A stretch of 64,000 bases of DNA from Zygnema circumcarinatum SAG 698-1b (GCA_037447605.1 CM074806.1:2976001-3040000); one strand, 5' to 3'; shown: positions 42,039-51,956, numbered from the stretch's first letter. A program made the numbers and translations. The notes: generated by a model not told the origin, from the letters alone.

Positions 42039-43426
42039 ATACAATATTATCGCCCGATATTTGCCAAAACCATGGCGAAACTATCATGGGGTCCTACTGT
42101 AACAGTAGTTGACTGGTACCGTACAATGCCGGGCGCGCTGTGATTGACGCCGTACAGTACACACTCGAGAAGTGGCCGTACGGAAAATAAGGCGTGGCGC
42201 GCGCTCATCGGACGGTCTGGACGGCGCCGCCGCGAGATGGGCGCGCCAATCGCAGGCGCCACGTGACAACCCACCCAGCAGACCCCGGACCGCCGGACTG
42301 CTCGCCAAGTGGCAGCCCGCAGACGGTCAAGATGCAGTGGCGGTGTACTGAAGCGGCCCGAGGCCACGTCGCCGCGCGGCGGCGGTCGTACGAAGACGGC
42401 GCTGGGGGGCAAAAACCTGCCACTGTCGAAAAAAAGCAAACGAGCACAAAGAGAAGGAAGTGGCATTGGTCTCGCGATGGCGAGGCCATCCAATGCACTA
42501 AAGGGCGTGGCCATACTGCACCGTGTCGAGCGCGAGCGAGAGCTGCGCCACACACCGCGCAGTTGGATAGGCCCTCGCATCAAAATTCTATGGTTGGCAT
42601 CGCCATCGTGAGACCACTGCCACATCCCCCCCCCCACCTCGACTCCAACAGCAAAGTTCCAGTTCTTGTTATCATTAAACAAAAGAGGTGTATTAGGGAG
42701 TCCTGCCTCGGTGCTTCTCACCTTCAACTATTTCATTGGGCGTGGTGGCTGTCTCCACTATAGACCCTACTGAGACTACGGTAGACTTGGTAGCGAAGCT
42801 CAGGGTCAAAAATAAAACTGGGCCTCATCCTAACAGACTCATCCACTGAATTTTACAACCACTTCCTATCACGCATATCAATGTACTGCATTACAATGAA
42901 GAGGGAGAATTTATTGTCAAAACAACCAGCCAAACAACGCAGGTACACCAAACACGAAATACCAACCCCCTTTTTTCCCAACTCATTATTCAAAACCTGT
43001 GGCAAAATGAGAATCGTGAAAATAAGAAAACCTTGAAGAAATCCTTTCATAAAGGATGATTACATTAGATGCTCCTGAATTAAAACGCGATGGGATCAAA
43101 AGTCTAGCTTCTGATGTGCTATACAAGCCAAGGGCCATATTGTGGACTAAATCATCTCTCTAGCCTACCGCTTACATGTACCCTTCATCTACCCTCACTG
43201 AAGCTAATGCACTAGGGGATCGAGTGACCAACCGCATGCTGTCACCTTTCAAAAAATCAAGTGCAACGAAGCTACGAAGAGCTACGAAGTTCCCTTGAAA
43301 AGCCTATCCCTAAACTATCTCCTACCGGCCATCTGGGCACTTTCAGCAACAAGTAATTTTTCTCTGTACATTGCTCGAAGGTGAGGTCATCCATGGGGGC
43401 CATGGACGGTGCCAGGTGGCAGTCCG

Positions 43427-44399
43427 TCAGAGCGTGGTCGAGCAGGAGACGTAGAGGTCGTTGCCCTCCGGCATGTCGGGGGTGTAGCCCGTGAGGACGC
43501 TGACCATCTGGCACTTGGCGTCGTCTGAGATGGGGGCCACCTTGCCGTCCTCCCAGAGCGTGGCCACGCAGCGGTCCGAGTTGGCGGTGCAGGCGGCCAC
43601 GCAGCTCTCCGCGCTGTCCGCGAAGTACGCCTCCCACACTCCCACAGGGAACGTCGCCAAGTGCAACTCGTAGCCCGCGATCACCGCGCCGCACCCGGCT
43701 GCACTCACACACGGGGGAAGGGGGGGGTCAGGCAGGAGCTGGAAGCATGCCGTGGGGTAAATACAGCTGCTAACATCAAGGCCAATTGCATTCATTCAAC
43801 TCGAGTGGCCAGGGCTATGGAAGTGGAAGGGGTGGAGGGGTAAAGGCGCACTGTTGCAGGGCGTGTAGAGGTCGACGCCGTCCGGCATGCCGGGGACGAA
43901 GCCGGTGAGCTCGCTGACGAACTGGCACTTGGCGTCGTCGGAGTACGGCAGCACCTTGGCGTCCTCCCAAAGAGTGGCCACGCAGCGCGCGGAGTTGGCG
44001 GCGCAGGCGGCGGCACACGCGGCCGCGCTGTCGGCGAAGTACGACTCCCACTTGCCCTTGGGGAACGTGTTGCTGTGCTTCTCCCACCCGGCGATGCTCG
44101 CTCCGCAGGCAGCTGGCAGAGGAGACAGCCCAGACCGCGCGCCGTCAGTACCCCATCCGCCATTCTGATCACGCAGGAGCCATGGCCCCGCTGAGCTGGC
44201 AATGCAGGGATGGCAAAGGGCAGGTCAAGAGAGGGCACGCACTCAAGTTGGTGACAAAGCTGGAGGCGGGAGCTGCGTCGGGGTTGACGTCCACGGAGGC
44301 GGCCGAGAGGGTGCCTGTCGACAGCTTGCGGGGGGCGGCCATGGCCACACCGGCGCAGGCGAAGGCCAGAACGGCCAGAAGCACGAGTGAGCGAGCCAT
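43427..44399 (-). CDS. Secreted protein with two Cys-rich PAN/apple-like modules, copy A (229 aa)
   Basis: Exons 44399-44243, 44112-43852 and 43698-43427, with GT-AG phase-1 introns. The signal-peptide-like N-terminus is MARSLVLLAVLAFACAGVAMA. The frame is open to TGA. Confidence 0.85.
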
Positions 44400-44695
44400 G
44401 GTGTCCTGACGGGGACTTTTGGGCCGAGTTCAGTGAAGGCTGTGACGGGCGAGAGAGAGCAGACGGGCAGCGGAGGCGGCAAGAGAGAGGGAGAGTGAGA
44501 GGGAGAGGGAGAGGGGAAGAGGCGGCGATGGAGTTCGAGGGTGCCGCAGCACCGTCTTTATACGACCGCCGCCGCGCAGCGACGTGGCATCGGGCCACGT
44601 CCGTACACTGCCACTGCATCCTGACCGTCGATCTAAGGACCTTTCGTCACGTAGTACAGTACTGTAGTCTGAAGTGAAATCACGACCCCCTTGAG

Positions 44696-45537
44696 CAGGG
44701 TTCGTCAAATAGGGGATTTCGGCTTAAGATAGGGGACTGTCCCCTAAATTGGTTTTGTAAAAACACGTAAATATGGACTGTACGGACGAAACCGTACACG
44801 TACGGACAAGACAGGAGTACAGGAAGACAGGAATTGTTTGGGAGAAAGACGAGTTTCGAAAGAGGTTGACAGACTTTTCATTGGAAGGAATTCTTCACTG
44901 CAAACAGTTTGATAGTTTGACCGCTCTTCGAGGGTCTCTTTGAGTAGTTTGCATCACTTCTATAGCTGTCTTGTTCAGCCTAAAACTCCTAAGGGAGTGG
45001 GACCATTTTTCATTTCATTTCTAATTTTAGTTCCTATTTCAGTTTTTCTTTTGTGACTACACCTAGAATTTCAGAGGTTATGATTTGGAATAGAGTTTTT
45101 GTGAGGAAATTTCAAGACTATGATGGATTCTAAAGTGATACTTGGAGTAATTAATGATGGATGGAAAAGGAAATAGAGAGCTTAGGATTGGATCTACAAA
45201 GTTTTCAAGCAATTGGGTTTTTGAATAAGCAACTATATGTTGTGATTGCCAAATGCACAGTTGTTCTAATTGATTGGTAAAATTTACCAATCTATAAGAG
45301 TCGAAGAGGTTGCACCAGTTTCTAAAGCCGTGTTGTTATACCAACAAGTAAAGTTCATATACATCATTGCTATCGTGGTTGCAAATGCAATTCATTTCCT
45401 TTTTGTTTTTAACCAAAAAAATGCTTTTTTGGGGCTTGTGTGGTATTTAAGTTGAAATCACGTAAACTAATCTCAAAATCTTACATAAATAAGCTATTTA
45501 CGATATTTAGGGGATCTCCCCTATTTGACGAACCCTG
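44696..45537. mobile_element. Non-autonomous hAT element
   Basis: A perfect 21-bp TIR CAGGGTTCGTCAAATAGGGGA and an exact 8-bp TSD CCCTTGAG (44688-44695, 45538-45545). The empty site is present upstream of copy C (~49965-49972, reverse strand). A weak transposase-like remnant RKRLTDFSLEGILHCKQF lies near 44860-44915. Confidence 0.9.
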
Positions 45538-45926
45538 CCCTTGAGTGAAGCCGTACGTTGTCGGGCGCGCTGTGATTGGTCCCGTACATGTGCGAGCAGT
45601 GGCCGTACGGTGGCGCAGCCTGGGGGCCGTACGGCATTCTCCGCCGTTCGCCCTCCGCCGTTTGCCCTTCGCGTGATCGTGCGCTCATCGGACGGTCCCA
45701 ACGGCGCCGCTGCGAGATGGGCGCGCCAATCGGAGGCGCCACGTAGCAGTCCACCCCGCAGACTGCGGACCGCCGGAATGCGCGCCACGTGGCAGCCTCC
45801 GCGTACCCCCCCGCGGCCATAAGGGCCGCGCCGCGACCCCTCTCGGCCAAGCCCTCAGCGCCTCCCTCCGCCTCCGCCTCCCCTCGCATCCTTTCCTCCT
45901 CCGCAGCCAGCCCCCGCCAGGCCGCC

Positions 45927-46899
45927 ATGGCTCGCTCACTCGTGCTTCTGGCCGTTCTGGCCTTCGCCTGCACCGGCGAGGCCTTGGCCACCCCCCGCAA
46001 GCTGTCAACAGGCACCCTCTCGGCCGCCTCCGTGGACGTCAACCCCGACGCAGCTCCCGCCTCCAGCTTTGTCACCAACTTGAGTGCGTGCCATCTCTTG
46101 ACCTGCCCTTTGCCATCCCTGCATTGCCAGCTCAGCGGGGCCATGGCTCCTGCGTGATCAGAATGGCGGATGGGGTACTGACGGCGCGCGGTCTGGGCTG
46201 TCTCCTCTGCCAGCTGCCTGCGGAGCGAGCATCGCCGGGTGGGAGAAGCACAGCAACACGTTCCCCAAGGGCAAGTGGGAGTCGTACTTCGCCGACAGCG
46301 CGGCCGCGTGTGCCGCCGCCTGCGCCGCCAACTCCGCGCGCTGCGTGGCCACTCTTTGGGAGGACGCCAAGGTGCTGCCGTACTCCGACGACGCCAAGTG
46401 CCAGTTCGTCAGCGAGCTCACCGGCTTCGTCCCCGGCATGCCGGACGGCGTCGACCTCTACACGCCCTGCAACAGTGCGCCTTTACCCCTCCACCCCTTC
46501 CACTTCCATAGCCCTGGCCACTCGAGTTGAATGAATGCAATTGGCCTTGATGTTAGCAGCTGTATTTACCCCACGGCATGCTTCCAGCTCCTGCCTGACC
46601 CCCCCCTTCCCCCGTGCGTGAGTGCAGCCGGGTGCGGCGCGGTGATCGCGGGCTACGAGTTGCACTTGGCGACGTTCCCTGTGGGAGTGTGGGAGGCGTA
46701 CTTCGCGGACAGCGCGGAGAGCTGCGTGGCCGCCTGCGCCGCCAACTCGGACCGCTGCGTGGCCACGCTCTGGGAGGACGGCAAGGTGGCCCCCATCTCA
46801 GACGACGCCAAGTGTCAGATGGTCAGCGTCCTCACGGGCTACACCCCCGACATGCCGGAGGGCAACGACCTCTACGTCTCCTGCTCGACCACGCTCTGA
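45927..46899 (+). CDS. Secreted protein with two Cys-rich PAN/apple-like modules, copy B (229 aa)
   Basis: Exons 45927-46083, 46214-46474 and 46628-46899. The N-terminal variant is MARSLVLLAVLAFACTGEALATPRK, and the 5' leader differs from A and C. Confidence 0.85.
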
Positions 46900-48025
46900 C
46901 GGACTGCCACCTGGCACCGTCCATGGCCCCCATGGATGACCTCACCTTCGAGCAATGTACAGAGAAATTACTTGTTGCTGAAAGTGCCCAGATGGCCGGT
47001 AGGAGATAGTTTAGGGGTAGGCTCGGGGTAGTTTAAGGGAACTTCGTAGCTCTTCGTAGCTTCGTTGCACTTGATTTTTTGAAAGGTGACAGCATGCGGT
47101 TGGTCACTCGATCCCCTAGTGCATTAGCTTCAGTGAGGGTAGATGAAGGGTACATGTAAGCGGTAGGCTAGAGAGATGATTTAGTCCACAATATGGCCCT
47201 TGGCTTGTATAGCACATCAGAAGCTAGACTTTTGATCCCATCGCGTTTTAATTCAGGAGCATCTAATGTAATCATCCTTTATGAAAGGATTTCTTCAAGG
47301 TTTTCTTATTTTCACGATTCTCATTTTGCCACAGGTTTTGAATAATGAGTTGGGAAAAAAGGGGGTTGGTATTTCGTGTTTGGTGTACCTGCGTTGTTTG
47401 GCTGGTGGTTTTGACAAAAGTTTCCACTTCATGGTTGTGCAGTACATTGATAAGCGTGATAGGAAGTGGTTGTAAAATTCAGCGGGTGCAAAGGGGCACG
47501 GCTCGACTTGGACAAAGCATTGCGCACAGCTGTTGACAACTAGCCACGAAACGCGCCCAGGATTCGAATGCAGTCAAACGAAACCCTAAAAGCATTGATT
47601 AGCGGTCATGGACGTTTGGAGTACATTGTAATGATGAGAGCAAGGCGTTTCAGACATGCTGACGTCGACATGCTGACTCAAGAAAGTTACGATGAGAAGG
47701 CCCACTTTTATTTTTCACCCTGATCTTCCCTACCAAGTCTATCGTAGTCTCAGTAGGGTCTATAGTGGAGACAGCCAACTTTCCCAATGAAATAGTTGAA
47801 GGTGAGAAGCACCGAGGCAGGACTCCCCACTACACCTGTTTTGTTTAATGATAACAAGAACTGGAACTTTGCTGTTGGAGTCGAGGTGGGGGGGGGGGGA
47901 TGTGGCAGTGGTCGCACGATGGCGATGCCAACCATAGAATTTTGATGCGAGGGCCTATCCAACTGCGCGGCGTGTGGCGCAGCTCATGCTCGCTCTCCAC
48001 ACGTGGCCACGCCCGTTAGTGCAAT

Positions 48026-48825
48026 AGGGGGAGTCAGACCTTGTCCATCGCCAAACCAATTCCGCGAGCCCGTCGGGCCAAGTCCGCGTTATACGGCAGG
48101 CCTTTTCCGCCAAAAGTGGACGTTCGACAGGCTCGGGCGCCGCGAATTCAAGAGAGCAATTATTTTACCTTTGCATCTCCGGGCCAGGTTTGACTCCCCC
48201 CTTTTCGCCCCCCCGCGCTCCCTCAGCCGCCCGCCGCCCGCCGCCCGCCGCCCTCCGTTTTGTCGCCACGCGCGCCTCACACGTGCGAAAGGCCCTCGCA
48301 CGTGCGTGACGCGCATGGCGACAAGGCGGGGCACGATTCCTCATCGGCGGAAATCTGGAATTTCGAAACGGGGGGCCTCCAGAGGCCCCCCGTTTCGGAG
48401 CGCGGAATTCTGAAATTTGAGGACATTTTTGTAACCTATTCCGCCGTACGGACGTGACAGACAGGTTCGGGGGGAGCCGTGGTTTCCGATCCGAATTCTG
48501 CAATCGAAATCAATACCTTTTCGCAGAGGGAATCTTTGAATTCCGCAGGCGATGGTCAAGGTCTGACTCCCCCTAATAGCCATCTCCTTTGCCGTGCGCT
48601 CTTTCTATTTTTCGGAGAATAAAACTGCACCCCCTATTTTGAATATCCCACCGAACCTGTCTGTCCAGTCCGTACTTCGAAATAGGTTACAAAAATGAGA
48701 TACAGGCTCGGCGCCCGAGCCTGTCGAACGTCCACTTTTGGCGAAAAAGGCCTGCCGTACAACGCGGAATTGGCCCGACCGGCTCGCGGAATTGGTTTGG
48801 CGATGGACAAGGTCTGACTCCCCCT
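48026..48825. mobile_element. TIR element with a 3-bp AAT TSD and two right ends (same terminal family as the 41194 MITE)
   Basis: The left end AGGGGGAGTCAGACCTTGTCCATCGCC at 48026 is preceded by AAT. Right ends at 48574 and 48825 are each followed by AAT and the same ~78-bp flank. The second right end extends the inverted match to ~115 bp. Confidence 0.8.
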
Positions 48826-48864
48826 AATAGCCATCTCCTTTGCCGTGCGCTCTTTCTATTTTTC

Positions 48865-49593
48865 GGAGAATAAAACTGCACCCCCTATTTTGAATATCCC
48901 ACCCCCTTTTTGAAATTTTTGCCCTCCCATTTTGGTTACCCCCCCCTGTTTTGGATATTTCACCCCCTGTTTTGGATATTTTACCCCCTGTTTTGGATAT
49001 CCCAGCTTCCTGTCTCGGATATATTGAGAGGAGATATCCTCTGGCCTCCCCTCCCGTCCCCTCCACTCCAGTCCTCTTCTCTCTTCTCGGTTTGCAATGT
49101 CCACAAAAATGCTACCAACTGAGTATGAGACCCGCGATGAACTCGTACAAGTCATGACCGAGCACTACAAGCACGAAGAATTTCACATCAAGATCGGCAG
49201 GCATAGCGACAGCTGCCGACTCCACCTGCAATGCTTCTGCGTTTTTGCACTTGGGCCTAATTTAGTTTAAGTTTTTTCTTAAGTTTTCTGCTCCTAGTTT
49301 TTTTATTTTGTGCTTAGGTCATTTGCGACCAGTCTCTCGTGGGTCCCCATGCTGACTTCGTCTATGTTCATATGATGGCCTTACAATCGTGAGATCAATA
49401 CAAATCCCCTTTCCTATTGTTGCACAATGTTGGAAGTCAGTAATGAAAAGGAGAAAACAAGGGGGGTGGGATATCCAAAGTAGGGTTGAAATATCCAGAA
49501 CAGGCGGCCGGATGACCAGAATGGAAGGGCAAATCTTTTCAAAGGTGCGGGGCGGGGAGGATATCTAAAATAGGGGGTGCAGTATCGTTCTCC
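48865..49593 (+). mobile_element. Internally deleted Mutator-like element with a transposase N-terminal remnant
   Basis: TIR GGAGAA…ACTGCACCCCCTATTTT at both ends and subterminal TTTTGGATAT repeats. A short ORF from ATG 49097 (MSTKMLPTEYETRDELVQVMTEHYKHEEFHIKIGRHSDSCRLHLQC) resembles the MuDR/FAR1-type N-terminal DNA-binding pattern. The TSD is degenerate (CT(A/T)TTTTTC). Confidence 0.7.
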
Positions 49594-49659
49594 GCTTTTT
49601 TTCGAGTGGCAGGTTTTTGCCCCCTTAGCGCCGTCTTTGCACGACCGCCGCCGCGCGGC

Positions 49660-50101
49660 GACGTGGCGTCGGGCCACGTCCGTACACCACCACTACATCC
49701 TGACCGTCTGAGGGCTGCCACGTGGCGCGCATTCCGGCGGTTCGCAGTCTGCGGGGTGGACTGCTACGTGGCGCCTCCGATTGGCGCGCCCATCTCGCAG
49801 CGGCGCCGTTGGGACCGTCCGATGAGCGCACGATCACGCGAAGGGCAAACGGCGGAGGGCGAACGGCGGAGAATGCCGTACGGCCCCCAGGCTGCGCCAC
49901 CGTACGGCCACTGCTCGCACATGTACGGGGCCAATCACAGCGCGCCCGACAACGTACGGCTTCACTCAAGGGGGTCGTGATTTCACTTCAGACCAGTACT
50001 GTACTACGTGACGAAAGGTCCTTAGATCGACGGTCAGGATGCAGTGGCAGTGTACGGACGTGGCCCGATGCCACGTCGCTGCTCGGCGGCGGTCGTATAA
50101 A
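49660..50101 (+). promoter_or_regulatory. G-box/ABRE-rich upstream region and TATA box of copy C (mirrored for copy A)
   Basis: ACGTGGC or its reverse complement occurs at 49661, 49673, 49717-49726 (palindromic GCCACGTGGC), 49766, 50058 and 50070. TATAAA is at 50096-50101. Confidence 0.55.
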
Positions 50102-50258
50102 GACGGTGCTGCGGCACCCTCGAACTCCATCGCCGCCTCTTCCCCTCTCCCTCTCCCTCTCACTCTCCCTCTCTCTTGCCGCCTCCGCTGCCCGTCTGCT
50201 CTCTCTCGCCCGTCGCAGCCTTCACTGAACTCGGCCCAAAAGTCCCCGTCAGGACACC

Positions 50259-51232
50259 ATGGCTCGCTCACTCGTGCTTCTGGCCGTTCTGGCCTTCGCC
50301 TGCGCCGGTGTGGCCATGGCCGCCCCCCGCAAGCTGTCGACAGGCACCCTCTCGGCCGCCTCCGTGGACGTCAACCCCGACGCAGCTCCCGCCTCCAGCT
50401 TTGTCACCAACTTGAGTGCGTGCCCTCTCTTGACCTGCCCTTTGCCATCCCTGCATTGCCAGCTCAGCGGGGCCATGGCTCCTGCGTGATCAGAATGGCG
50501 GATGGGGTACTGACGGCGCGCGGTCTGGGCTGTCTCCTCTGCCAGCTGCCTGCGGAGCGAGCATCGCCGGGTGGGAGAAGCACAGCAACACGTTCCCCAA
50601 GGGCAAGTGGGAGTCGTACTTCGCCGACAGCGCGGCCGCGTGTGCCGCCGCCTGCGCCGCCAACTCCGCGCGCTGCGTGGCCACTCTTTGGGAGGACGCC
50701 AAGGTGCTGCCGTACTCCGACGACGCCAAGTGCCAGTTCGTCAGCGAGCTCACCGGCTTCGTCCCCGGCATGCCGGACGGCGTCGACCTCTACACACCCT
50801 GCAACAGTGCGCCTTTACCCCTCCACCCCTTCCACTTCCATAGCCCTGGCCACTCGAGTTGAATGAATGCAATTGGCCTTGATGTTATCAGCTGTATTTA
50901 CCCCACGGCATGCTTCCAGCTCCTGCCTGACCCACCCCCTTCCCCCGTGTGTGAGTGCAGCCGGGTGCGGCGCGGTGATCGCGGGCTACGAGTTGCACTT
51001 GGCGACGTTCCCTGTGGGAGTGTGGGAGGCGTACTTCGCGGACAGCGCGGAGAGCTGCGTGGCCGCCTGCACCGCCAACTCGGACCGCTGCGTGGCCACG
51101 CTCTGGGAGGACGGCAAGGTGGCCCCCATCTCAGACGACGCCAAGTGCCAGATGGTCAGCGTCCTCACGGGCTACACCCCCGACATGCCGGAGGGCAACG
51201 ACCTCTACGTCTCCTGCTCGACCACGCTCTGA
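50259..51232 (+). CDS. Secreted protein with two Cys-rich PAN/apple-like modules, copy C (229 aa)
   Basis: Exons 50259-50415, 50546-50806 and 50961-51232. Module 1: ACGASIAGWEKHSNTFPKGKWESYFADSAAACAAACAANSARCVATLWEDAKVLPYSDDAKCQFVSELTGFVPGMPDGVDLYTPCN. Module 2: GCGAVIAGYELHLATFPVGVWEAYFADSAESCVAACTANSDRCVATLWEDGKVAPISDDAKCQMVSVLTGYTPDMPEGNDLYVSCSTTL. Confidence 0.87.
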
Positions 51233-51956
51233 CGGACTGCCACCTGGCACCGTCCATGGCCCCCATGGATGACCTCACCTTCGAGCAATGTACAGAGAAA
51301 TTACTTGTTGCTGAAAGTGCCCAGATGGCCGGTAGGAGATAGTTTAGGGGTAGGCTCGGGGTAGTTTAAGGGAACTTCGTAGCTCTTCGTAGCTTCGTTG
51401 CACTTGATTTTTTGAAAGGTGACAGCATGCGGTTGGTCACTCGATCCCCTAATGCATTAGCTTCAGTGAGGGTAGATTAAGGGTACATGCAAGCGGTAGG
51501 CTAGAAAGATGATTTAGTCCACAATATGGCCCTTGGCTTGTATAGCACATCAGAAGCTAAGACTTTTGATCCCAACGCGTTTTAATTCAGGAGCATCTAA
51601 TATAATTATTCTGTATGAAAGGATTTCTTCAAGATTTTCTTATTTTCAAGATTTTCTTATTTTCAAGATTTTCATTTTGTCACAGGTTTGTCAAAATGAT
51701 CTGGGAAAAAACGAAGGGAGGAGAAAAGAAAGAGGTTGTGGCTTCGTGTATGGTGTGTTGTGTGACTGGTTGCTTTGAAAATAAGGGCTTCCTCTTCATG
51801 GTTTGGAAGTACAGTGATATGCGCTATAAGATGTAAACGTAAAAGTCAGCGGGGCCGAAGGGTCACGGCTTTACTTGGACAAAGCATCGCGCGCAGCTGT
51901 CGACAAGCAGCTAGGCACCCAGGATGTGTATCTAGTCAAGGTGGTACATGCGGCAA

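Larger units (their letters stand above)
42120..51925. repeat. Segmental inverted-plus-tandem duplication of a ~2.7-kb gene unit
   Basis: 42120-45796, read on the minus strand, is homologous to the unit repeated on the plus strand from ~45927 to ~51925. It includes the coding exons, the 3' flank and the intergenic blocks. Confidence 0.9.

Noticed and set aside
42476-42611. Short ORF MARPSNALKGVAIL… downstream of the inverted promoter copy
   Set aside because: It resembles the secreted gene only in MAR, and the paralogous site is disrupted by a MITE. There is no coding evidence.
44695-49972. Site-specific inversion switch at CTCAAG/CTTGAG joining three blocks in different combinations
   Set aside because: It is fully explained by a hAT insertion with TSD CCCTTGAG and the empty site in copy C.
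43792-50866. 275-aa ORFs (43792-44619, 50039-50866) and similar GC-rich ORFs overlapping the triplicated gene
   Set aside because: These are alternative frames across exons and introns of the spliced gene, open because of high GC content.
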